A stretch of DNA of 58,189 nucleotides, the filler included, from Candidatus Woesearchaeota archaeon (GTDB taxonomy: Archaea > Nanobdellota > Nanobdellia > Woesearchaeales > ARS49): the NCBI GenBank assembly GCA_016188265.1. It is 3 parts of 3 records of this genome, joined end to end, with 100 filler letters (N's around TTAATTAATTAA, not from the genome) between each part and the next. Parts side by side here need not be neighbours in the genome. Positions count along the whole stretch, not along the records: positions 25,214 to 50,851 come from JACPID010000017.1; 2 more parts are not named here. One strand, 5' to 3'. Numbering within the stretch: position 1 is the stretch's first letter; each line of letters begins with the position of its first letter. Below the pieces are notes generated by a model, which saw only the letters and a list, made by a program, of their open reading frames with translations, was not told the origin of the DNA and did not search any database. Made by a program: the position numbers and the translations under genes. Shown piece by piece: positions 39,528-47,665 of this stretch.

Positions 39528-39621
39528 AATCTCACCTCTATAAAAACATTTAGAATAGAAAAGTATTTAAACTATAGCTCCTTGTTTTAGTAATACGCGT
39601 ATTAAATGAGGTGATAGGCCT

Positions 39622-39960
39622 ATGGATTTTGAAGAAAAAATGATGCTTGTTGTTCTTGGTGTAGTGCTATTGTTTGCGCTTGCCGGCCTTGCATTAGTTC
39701 TTAAAGGAGGCAGTGTAACAGGTCAAGCATTTGCATATTCTGTTGCTGAAGGCGAAGCATTTGCAGTTACAGAACGTTTAGCAGGTCGTGAACTGTTAAA
39801 CACATTGTTGTATAAGTGCAGTTCCCCTTTTGCAGGAAAAGAAGAAGGTGAATTACAAAAAGCAGCTTATGCATTTGATTCAAGAACAAAAAGCTGGCTT
39901 GAAGACGAGTATGGATTTACTTGTGAAGAACTAAGCTGGGATTTACCACAGTTTAAATAA
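39622..39960 (+). CDS. N-terminally anchored hypothetical protein
   Basis: GAGGTGA SD; TM followed by SVTGQAF. Confidence 0.78.
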   Translation: MDFEEKMMLVVLGVVLLFALAGLALVLKGGSVTGQAFAYSVAEGEAFAVTERLAGRELLNTLLYKCSSPFAGKEEGELQKAAYAFDSRTKSWLEDEYGFTCEELSWDLPQFK

Positions 39961-39976
39961 TTTTTTTTAATATTAC

Positions 39977-40011
39977 GTCGCTCAAGTTAATGGGCGGCAC
40001 ATTTTTTTTTT
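39977..40011 (+). terminator. Hairpin + T-tract
   Basis: GTCGCTCA-AGTTAA-TGGGCGGC then T10. Confidence 0.5.
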
Positions 40012-40072
40012 CTTTTATAATCATTTTATAATCAATAAGCTTTAAAGTGTTTGTGCATTTTTTGTTTAACAA

Positions 40073-40741
40073 ATGCAAATCAAAGATGCTGAAAAACTAC
40101 ATCCTGAACTTAAGAAAATATTTGTTCTAGAAAACATTCATGAATTTAGGCCTGTACAGGAAAAATCATTAAAATCAGGTTTGTTAGATAATAAAAACCT
40201 TTTAGTTTGCACTCCAACTGCAAGTGGGAAAACACTTATTGCAGAAATGGCAATTGCTCATCATGTTCTTGAAAAAAAATTAAAAGCAATTTATATTGTT
40301 CCACTTATTGCATTAGCTAATGAAAAATACAAATCTTTTAAAAAAAGATATGAAAAACTTTACAAAATTGCATTATCAATAGGAGATTTTGATTCTAGTG
40401 ATTCGCAATTATCACAATATGATGTTATTGTTTGTACTGCAGAAAAACTTGATTCACTTTTAAGACACAATGTTCCTTGGTTATCTTCTGTTGGCTTGAT
40501 AATTATTGATGAAATTCATTTATTAAATGATCCTGGAAGAGGGCCAACTGTTGAGATTTTAATAACAATGTTTAAACACATTCTTAAGAATTTACAAGTT
40601 ATTGGCTTATCTGCAACAATTGGCAATCCTAAAGATCTTGCTGAATGGTTGGAAGCTGAACTTATTCAGGATTCTTGGAGGCCAATTCAATTACATCAAG
40701 GCATTTATTTTAATGGAATGATAGAATTTGTTAAAGAATAA
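40073..40741 (+). CDS. Ski2/Hel308-like helicase, N-terminal RecA domain only
   Basis: Q motif, PTASGKT, PLIALA.EK, T.EK.DSL.R, DEIH, RGP, LSAT, WRP; stops at 222 aa. Confidence 0.85.
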   Translation: MQIKDAEKLHPELKKIFVLENIHEFRPVQEKSLKSGLLDNKNLLVCTPTASGKTLIAEMAIAHHVLEKKLKAIYIVPLIALANEKYKSFKKRYEKLYKIALSIGDFDSSDSQLSQYDVIVCTAEKLDSLLRHNVPWLSSVGLIIIDEIHLLNDPGRGPTVEILITMFKHILKNLQVIGLSATIGNPKDLAEWLEAELIQDSWRPIQLHQGIYFNGMIEFVKE

Positions 40742-40768
40742 TTATAAATATCTTTCTGAAACTTTTTG

Positions 40769-41197
40769 TTATTCATTTAATTTTTTTTTAGAACGCGTTT
40801 TCTTTTTTGTTACACTGAGAGATTGTTCAGATTTTAGCTCTTCAAGATTTGAGTCATCAGTGCTTGGTGGAACATATAAATCAAGCCCTAAAATTGATAC
40901 AAGCAATCCAAAACTGTTTACAAAAAAAGCAAAAGCATGAGTTAATGAACTTCCAAATAAGCTGTATAACCAAATCAAGTTTGCCAAACTAAGTGAAAAT
41001 AATATAATATTCCAGTTCCAACCCCAACGCTTATTTAATGCAAAACCCAGCAAAGCAATTAACCATAATAAAACTCCAATAACCAGAAAAACTAGCTCAA
41101 GCGTTACATTTGTTGTTAAACGATTTGCAAGCCTGATTGAAGTTAACAAATTAAATAACAACAAAACCAGTGTGAAAACAAATCCTGCTAATCCCAT
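40769..41197 (-). CDS. Hypothetical membrane protein
   Basis: Four TM helices plus basic tail. Confidence 0.7.
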   Translation of the reverse strand: MGLAGFVFTLVLLLFNLLTSIRLANRLTTNVTLELVFLVIGVLLWLIALLGFALNKRWGWNWNIILFSLSLANLIWLYSLFGSSLTHAFAFFVNSFGLLVSILGLDLYVPPSTDDSNLEELKSEQSLSVTKKKTRSKKKLNE

Positions 41198-41261
41198 TTA
41201 AAACCCTCACTCTTTATGTATTTACAAAAACTATATAAATATTTCTATTGAGAAGTAGTAC

Positions 41262-41609
41262 TTAGAACTCATTTTCTTCTAATTGTTTAAGTAAACCTTT
41301 TTCTTTTAAGTACCTAGCCTGCACAGGTTTGTATTTGTAAAGGACATCTCCTTTTGTTTCTCCGCTTAATTCCCAGGGTTCAATAAGAAGTATGTCACCT
41401 TCACGAACCCAGAGCTTTCTTCTTAGCCTTCCAGGAATTCTGCAAATACGAGTCTTAGCATCCATGCATCGCACTCGCATTCTGCTTCCGCCAACACGCT
41501 GTTCACAAATACCTAAAACTTGTCTTCCTCTAGGTACTGGAGTTTTACGTAAAAGTTCTTCTTGTTCTGATGCCTGTTGTTGCGCAAGCTGTTCTTCTTT
41601 TTTGCTCAT
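41262..41609 (-). CDS. eif1a: Translation initiation factor 1A
   Basis: GG.RM.V.C.D.KTR.CRIPG....KLWVREGD...EPW. Confidence 0.96.
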   Translation of the reverse strand: MSKKEEQLAQQQASEQEELLRKTPVPRGRQVLGICEQRVGGSRMRVRCMDAKTRICRIPGRLRRKLWVREGDILLIEPWELSGETKGDVLYKYKPVQARYLKEKGLLKQLEENEF

Positions 41610-41688
41610 GCCAAAAAACTACCTAGTTTAAAAACTAAAAGTTAGTGTAGTATATAAAGGCTTGCCCCTTGAACTTTACTCAACCATA

Positions 41689-41778
41689 GAAAAAGACAAA
41701 AGTAACACATAAAATAGTTTGTCTTTTTCAACTTAGTTGAGGTTGAATAATATATGCTTTACTTATGTCCTCAACTAA
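41689..41778. repeat. Palindromic repeat stack
   Basis: GAAAAAGACAAA..TTTGTCTTTTTC + TTAGTTGAGG..CCTCAACTAA; copies at 24976 and 28040. Confidence 0.8.
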
Positions 41779-41823
41779 CCATCCAGAAATGTTTATAAAC
41801 ATAACACACTATTTTATTTTTAG

Positions 41824-42285
41824 GTGGTAAAATTGCCTAAAAAAGATGTGGTAAATATTCTTCCTCATGATGAAATTTTAAGAATTCGCGAAGAGCTAAA
41901 ACACTTAAGAGAACATGAAATACCTCCTGCAAAACTACAAGTAACAATGCAGGATTTAAGTAAAAAAATTGACAATCTTATTGATATTTTTGAAGATGCA
42001 ATGAAATCTGTGAAAGAAGAAGAAGGCGGAATTACACTTAAAGAACAATTAGAACCTGTTATGGACAAATTACAAGAAGTTTTAGATCAAAACAGCAAAA
42101 TAGCTGATGGCATTGTTGCAATTGCAGAAATGCTGCAAGAAGGGAAAAAACCTTCTTTTCTTCCACCTAAACCATTTATTCCAAAACTTAGTGAGCTTCC
42201 TTTAGAAGGACCTAGAATTCCGCCACCTCCTGGTATAAGGCCTGAAATACTGCAAAAACCCAAAAAAAAAGGTTTATTCAAATAA
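41824..42285 (+). CDS. Coiled-coil protein with Pro-rich tail
   Basis: Heptad-rich core; PPKP..PPPP; KKKGLFK end. Confidence 0.75.
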   Translation: MVKLPKKDVVNILPHDEILRIREELKHLREHEIPPAKLQVTMQDLSKKIDNLIDIFEDAMKSVKEEEGGITLKEQLEPVMDKLQEVLDQNSKIADGIVAIAEMLQEGKKPSFLPPKPFIPKLSELPLEGPRIPPPPGIRPEILQKPKKKGLFK

Positions 42286-42810
42286 ATGAATAAAATTCCA
42301 GCTGAACAAAAAGCACGAATTTTATTAAAACATCTTGATCGTGCAAAAAAAAAGCTTAATGAGCGTGAACAAACAAGAATTGAATTAGATGAAGCACTCA
42401 AAAGATTAAGAATGCTAAGTACAGCTTCTCTTAAGAAATATGTGGACCAAGTTGAACAAAAAGTGCAAGAATTATTAAAAAAAGAAAAACAATTGTTGTA
42501 CAATCAAGAAAAAGAAGAAAGCATTCATGAGCGCTTAATAGAACAATTAGAAGCTTTAGAAAACAAGATTAATGATTTTTTGGAAAACAGTGAGGAAAGA
42601 CAGCAACTTTTTGAAAAAGCCAGTAAAGCGCTACTGCCTCCAGCTCCTTCTGTTGAAGAAGCAGATGTTGAACGCATCAAACTTCAAGGAATGCTTGAAG
42701 GTCTAGAATTATTATATGCGAGTTTAGAAGAATCAAAAGAGTTAAGTGCTGAGCGATTAAAAAAAATAAAACAGCAAATTAACATGTTAAAGGCAAAACA
42801 AAACTTATAA
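42286..42810 (+). CDS. Coiled-coil hypothetical protein
   Basis: Glu/Lys/Leu-rich helical ORF abutting the previous gene. Confidence 0.75.
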   Translation: MNKIPAEQKARILLKHLDRAKKKLNEREQTRIELDEALKRLRMLSTASLKKYVDQVEQKVQELLKKEKQLLYNQEKEESIHERLIEQLEALENKINDFLENSEERQQLFEKASKALLPPAPSVEEADVERIKLQGMLEGLELLYASLEESKELSAERLKKIKQQINMLKAKQNL

Positions 42811-42969
42811 ATCCTTTGCCATTAATGTTTTTCTATTATTAGCTTTTGCACGCTCAACAGCTACTTTAATAAGTTCTTCTGCTTTTTTATCTAAAACATC
42901 TGCAAAATCACCTGCTACATTCATATCAGTAACAAGTTCTTTTATTCTTGAACGAACAATCAATGACAT
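42805..42969 (-). CDS. Short histone-fold protein (DUF1931/alpha3-truncated type), 54 aa
   Basis: MSLIVRSRIKELVTDMNVAGDFADVLDKKAEELIKVAVERAKANNRKTLMAKDL*; RKT...KD L2 motif; GAGGTGA SD. Confidence 0.88.
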   Translation of the reverse strand: MSLIVRSRIKELVTDMNVAGDFADVLDKKAEELIKVAVERAKANNRKTLMAKDL

Positions 42970-43019
42970 GTTCTCACCTCAAAAATACAAAATAACTTTT
43001 TTATTTATAAGCTTTATTA

Positions 43020-43316
43020 TTACTTACTTTTGTCTTTATTAACAACTTCAAGCTTTCCAAATCTTCCAGTTGATACCTGCATTGTTTTGTTATAAATTTG
43101 AGACCATCCTTTTGTTATTTTTATAGTGTCTCCTTCTTTTACTTTATCTACATCAATATTCCATAAAGTAACTGTAACTTTACCAGTTTCATCTTCTCCA
43201 GTACAACTACATACTCTAAGGGAGCCGTCTCTAACTTCTCTTGGTTCGTCTTTTGAAGTTATTTTTAATGTTATTTCTTCAACAGAACTTTTGTCTTTTA
43301 GTTCATTTACTTTCAT
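43020..43316 (-). CDS. ssb: Single OB-fold ssDNA-binding protein
   Basis: MKVNELK, DETG.V.VTLW, GD.IKI..GW, G..G.L; GGAGG SD. Confidence 0.9.
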   Translation of the reverse strand: MKVNELKDKSSVEEITLKITSKDEPREVRDGSLRVCSCTGEDETGKVTVTLWNIDVDKVKEGDTIKITKGWSQIYNKTMQVSTGRFGKLEVVNKDKSK

Positions 43317-43330
43317 TATTCTCAACCTCC

Positions 43331-45019
43331 TCAATTGTGTAAATACCAAAACATTATTTTGTTCTTTGATTTCTGATCTAGCCTTACAAACCCAAATCTT
43401 TCAAATTGTATAATGTCTCCTTGCTTTAACTTTCTTAAACCAGTTTCTCCAAGGCCTTTTTTTTCAGTTCCATCTGGCATTAATACTTCTATATTAACTA
43501 ATTTTTCGTTTTTTGGAAGCCAGTGCATTATTTTTTCACCGTGTTCTTTATAATGATTATATTCTTTTGAGTCAAATTCTAAAACATCTTTACTTTTTTT
43601 GAAGTTCAAGCAGTCCATTAAACGATAAAGGTTATTAATTTTAAGTTCATCATAATCTTGTTTTGAAAGATAAAACTCATCCTTAGTTTCAAATATTCTA
43701 TTGCCTCTATTAGGATAATTAGGATGAAGTTCTAAACTGACTTTTTGTTTAGAAGCGCCAATAATTTTTACTTCAATAGGGTGTTCTATAAAAAAATACC
43801 TATTTGCTTTTTCTTCAATAATTTCCCTATTAAATGAATTAAGAGCTTTAAAAAACTCTTCAGCAGAAACTGTTTTATCTACTTGGCTTAGTCCAATGTT
43901 TACTGCATATTTGTGAAATGCTTCTGGCTGATATCCTCTTCTTCTAAGAGCAGGAAGAAATGGCAATCGTATATCTTCCCAACCATTATATTCTCCACGC
44001 TCTATTGCAAGGCGAATTTCAGATGCACTTAAGCTTAGCCCTTCAAAATTTATTCTTCCAAAGTACAAGTTATTTGTTGTTGGCCATTGAAAAAAGTCAA
44101 AGATATGTTTTTGCCTTTTTGCATTATCTATATGGTCTTTTCCGCGAATAGTATGAGATACTTTTAATTCATAATCATCTATTGCAACAGCAAAATTCAT
44201 TAAAGGCCAAACTCTATTTTTTGTTCCTGCTTTTGGGTGGACATGATCATTTATTCTCATAGCAGGCCAATCACGCATTGCAGGGTTTTTGTCATTAAGA
44301 TCAGTTTTAATGCGAACAACTGCTTCCCCAGGTTTATACTTTCCAAACATGTTTTGCCACCTAGATAAATGTTCTTGTTTTTGCAAATTCCTGCAAGGAC
44401 ATGCTTGTTTTTTATTTATTAATTCTCTAAATTGATCAAGATTGCAAACACAGACATAGGCTTTTCCTGATGATATCATGCGCTCCACATAATCATAATA
44501 TATTCCAAGCCTGTCTGACTGTATAATAACTTCAGTAAGATTATTTTGCGCCAACCATTTTGCATCATTTTCAATAAGCTCATAAGCCACTGAATAAATA
44601 TTTTCAGGATTAGTATCTTCAATTCTTAAGTAAAGCTTACCATTATACTTCTTTGAATACAAATAATTAAGTGAAAGAACAAAAGCATGCCCAATATGCA
44701 AAGCGCCAGAAGGAGAAGGTGCAAACCGCAAAACAACAGCCCCAACAACAGGATTTGGCAAAGGCTTAAGAGCTTCTTTTTCAATTTTAACCTGCTCAAT
44801 AATTAAATTACTTAATTTTTCAAATTCTTGTTCTTGTTCTTTCACAGATAGTTTATTTATTTGCTGAACAATTCTAGAAATATTATTACTAACTGATTTA
44901 ATATCATGTTTAAGTTCTGGTTTTAATGCCAAAATTTTTCCAATTACAGCTCCAAGATTAGCTTTGCCATTATACTGCAATGCATTTTGCAAAGCATAAG
45001 CTTCAATTAATTTGTCCAT
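43331..45019 (-). CDS. gltX: Glutamate--tRNA ligase
   Basis: RFAPSPSG.LHIGH, RIEDTNP, IRGKDH, QFERFGF. Confidence 0.97.
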   Translation of the reverse strand: MDKLIEAYALQNALQYNGKANLGAVIGKILALKPELKHDIKSVSNNISRIVQQINKLSVKEQEQEFEKLSNLIIEQVKIEKEALKPLPNPVVGAVVLRFAPSPSGALHIGHAFVLSLNYLYSKKYNGKLYLRIEDTNPENIYSVAYELIENDAKWLAQNNLTEVIIQSDRLGIYYDYVERMISSGKAYVCVCNLDQFRELINKKQACPCRNLQKQEHLSRWQNMFGKYKPGEAVVRIKTDLNDKNPAMRDWPAMRINDHVHPKAGTKNRVWPLMNFAVAIDDYELKVSHTIRGKDHIDNAKRQKHIFDFFQWPTTNNLYFGRINFEGLSLSASEIRLAIERGEYNGWEDIRLPFLPALRRRGYQPEAFHKYAVNIGLSQVDKTVSAEEFFKALNSFNREIIEEKANRYFFIEHPIEVKIIGASKQKVSLELHPNYPNRGNRIFETKDEFYLSKQDYDELKINNLYRLMDCLNFKKSKDVLEFDSKEYNHYKEHGEKIMHWLPKNEKLVNIEVLMPDGTEKKGLGETGLRKLKQGDIIQFERFGFVRLDQKSKNKIMFWYLHN

Positions 45020-45060
45020 TTTAAAGAAGAATAAATTATAAGTTTAAAAAGATTAATATG

Positions 45061-45687
45061 TTAAGAAACAACAATTCTAACATCCACTGCTTTTCCTTTT
45101 TTTTCGCTCATTATAAATGGGTTTATATCAAGCTCTTTAACTTCAGGGTATTTGAAGGGTAATTTAGATAAATTAATAAGATAATTAGCAAGTATTTTTT
45201 TATTAACAGGTTTTAATCCTCTAAATTCAGCAAGTAAAGCTTTTCCTTTAAGTTCTTCAATTAATTCAAAAGCATCTTTTTTATTGATTGGGCATACTCT
45301 CCAGTTAACATCTTTGTACAATTCAACAAGCACCCCTCCAATTCCAAAACCTAAAACATGGCTGAAAGTATTATCATTTTTAATGCCTAAAAAAAACTCA
45401 CGGCCTTCAACATATTCTTGAACAAGAACACCTGTTAGTTTATACTTACTTGATATGAATTGTTTGAAAATATTTCTAACTTCCTCATTTGTGTGTGCAG
45501 TTAAAATACCGCCAATTTCTGTTTTATGAACAATTTCTGGAGATATTAGTTTTAAAACAACAGGATATTTATTTTTTATAAAATCAATAGCTTCAGCATA
45601 ATCTGTTGTTAAAATGCTGTTTGCAACAGGAATAAAATTCTTAACTTTATTAATAGCCTCTAAACCTCCTAAAACCTCTTTTGCCAT
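45061..45687 (-). CDS. acdB: Acetate--CoA ligase (ADP-forming) beta subunit, ATP-grasp
   Basis: YPVVLK..SP.I.HKTE.GG, LVQE, G.GG..VE...DV, ELDINP, AVD.R. Confidence 0.9.
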   Translation of the reverse strand: MAKEVLGGLEAINKVKNFIPVANSILTTDYAEAIDFIKNKYPVVLKLISPEIVHKTEIGGILTAHTNEEVRNIFKQFISSKYKLTGVLVQEYVEGREFFLGIKNDNTFSHVLGFGIGGVLVELYKDVNWRVCPINKKDAFELIEELKGKALLAEFRGLKPVNKKILANYLINLSKLPFKYPEVKELDINPFIMSEKKGKAVDVRIVVS

Positions 45688-45726
45688 AATAATTTAATTT
45701 ATACTTTTATGTGTTAATAAATTTAA

Positions 45727-46056
45727 CTATAAGCCTAATAATTGCAACTGTCTTCTACAGTAATTTTCAAAATCAATCAAGTACTGAGGTTTAGGCGGAT
45801 CTTTGGCAAGATCTAAGAAATAATTAAATGAAAGCCTTGCAATAAATTTTCTGGCATCTTCAAGAGCATAAAAAGTTTTACTAACATATAAATGTTTATC
45901 AAGCAAAAATACAATATTTTTTTTCTGCTCAAGATCCTCTTCTAGTGCAGGTCTAATATCTGAAAGTGCATCATCCATATAGTATTCTTCCTGATTATAC
46001 GCATCCAATAAGTATGCTTTTCCTCTAACATCAACCACATCTATTTTTAGTATCAT
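45727..46056 (-). CDS. Hypothetical protein
   Basis: 109-aa ORF with upstream TTTATTTA box. Confidence 0.55.
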   Translation of the reverse strand: MILKIDVVDVRGKAYLLDAYNQEEYYMDDALSDIRPALEEDLEQKKNIVFLLDKHLYVSKTFYALEDARKFIARLSFNYFLDLAKDPPKPQYLIDFENYCRRQLQLLGL

Positions 46057-46119
46057 CTACACTAATTTATCATAGAACTAAATAAACTTTTTGTTTTTTA
46101 AGATAACTTTTTAAACACT

Positions 46120-46345
46120 AAGATTCCACTAGTGTTTCACTATTGGTTTAGTAGTGGTTCTCAAAAAGCCACGCTTTTTGGAACACCGAAAATGTTTTGC
46201 ATTTTCGATTGAATCTTGGTGTGCTCAAGCACTAGAAAATCAAAGATTTTCTGTGCACAGAAAATGCGTTGCATTTTCTTGTGAACCACCGGATGCTGAA
46301 ACCGAAGTTTCATGCCACTGGTCTATTGACCAGTGGTTCTTGACA
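46120..46345. mobile_element. Nested MITE-like repeat stack ending in HEARO-like terminus
   Basis: Serial hairpins; matches 28099-28194 with a 54-bp insert (46230-46283) similar to 16650-16701. Confidence 0.8.
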
Positions 46346-47661
46346 CAAAACATATAGCAGTTGTAGGAGCATCACGCCATAAAGGAAAAATAGGGCACAC
46401 TATACTTAAACAATTATTAAACAAAATAGTGTATCCTGTAAATCCAAGTGCAAAAAATATTCTTAAAAAAAAGTGCTATGCAAGTGTTAAAGATATTCCT
46501 GCTAAAATTGATCTTGCAGTTGTAGCAGTTCCAATACAATTTGTTATAAGTATAATTGAAGAGTGCTGCCAAAAAAATATAAAAAATATCATAATAATAA
46601 CTTCTGGATTTGGTGAAATTGGAAATATTGAAGAAGAAAAAAAAATCAAAGAATTAGTAAAAAAATATGAACTAACAGTCATAGGGCCAAATTGTTTAGG
46701 TATTTTAGACCTTCATGAAAAACTTGATACATTATTTCTTCCAGAGGACAATTTACATAGGCCAGATCCTGGAAATATTTCTCTAATATCACAATCAGGT
46801 GCTTTAGGAGGTGCACTTCTTGATCTTGCATCACAACAAAGACTAGGTTTTGCAAAATTTGTAAGTTATGGAAATGCTTTGGATGTTAATGAAACTGATA
46901 TTTTAGAATTTTTAAGCTCAGATAAAAAAACAGAAGTTATTGGATTATATATAGAAGGGTTAAAAAATGGAAAAGAGTTTCTAAAAACAGCTCAAGCAAT
47001 TAAAAAGCCAATAATTGTTCTAAAAGGCGGTACAACAGTTGCAGGAACAAAAGCTGCTTTAAGCCATACTGGAAGCTTGGCAGGAGATGCAAGTGTTTAT
47101 GAAGGAGTTTTTAAGCAAGCTGGTTTGATTCAAGCCAATTTATTATCTGATTTTTTTAAAATCTTAAAAATATTCAGTAAGCTGAAAATAAAGCCAGAAG
47201 GAAAAAGAATTCAAATAATAACTAATGGAGGCGGGTTTGGAATTCTTGCAAGCGATGCATTGGAAAAACAAGGATTAATACTTGCAGAAATGAATTCATC
47301 ATCAACAAAAGATTTGCAAAGATTATTACCTCAAACAGTTATTGTTAAAAACCCAGTTGATTTGCTTGGCGACGCAACAGTTGAAAGATATGAACAAGCA
47401 GTCATTACAGTGCTCGATGATAAAAACGTTGATGCAATACTTGTTTTAGTGCTTGCGCAAACACCTTCTCTAGATTTAAATGATTTTGTTAAAAAAATCT
47501 CTGCAATAAAAATGAAAAAACCTGTTTTATTTGTTATAACAGGAAACAAAAAAGCAAAACAAGTTTGCAGATCTTTAGAAAAAAAAAATATGATAACCTT
47601 TTCATTTCCTGAACAAGCAGTAAAAGCCTTAGGAGCTTATATTTCACACTATCTCAAATAA
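46333..47661 (+). CDS. acdA: Acetate--CoA ligase (ADP-forming) alpha subunit
   Basis: AVVGAS, GPNCLG, SQSGA, SHTGSLAG, TNGGG.G, NPVDL.GDA. Confidence 0.93.
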   Translation: MVLDTKHIAVVGASRHKGKIGHTILKQLLNKIVYPVNPSAKNILKKKCYASVKDIPAKIDLAVVAVPIQFVISIIEECCQKNIKNIIIITSGFGEIGNIEEEKKIKELVKKYELTVIGPNCLGILDLHEKLDTLFLPEDNLHRPDPGNISLISQSGALGGALLDLASQQRLGFAKFVSYGNALDVNETDILEFLSSDKKTEVIGLYIEGLKNGKEFLKTAQAIKKPIIVLKGGTTVAGTKAALSHTGSLAGDASVYEGVFKQAGLIQANLLSDFFKILKIFSKLKIKPEGKRIQIITNGGGFGILASDALEKQGLILAEMNSSSTKDLQRLLPQTVIVKNPVDLLGDATVERYEQAVITVLDDKNVDAILVLVLAQTPSLDLNDFVKKISAIKMKKPVLFVITGNKKAKQVCRSLEKKNMITFSFPEQAVKALGAYISHYLK

Positions 47662-47665
47662 AATA

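Noticed and set aside
46154..46357. 67-aa ORF
   Set aside because: Lies entirely within the palindromic repeat stack
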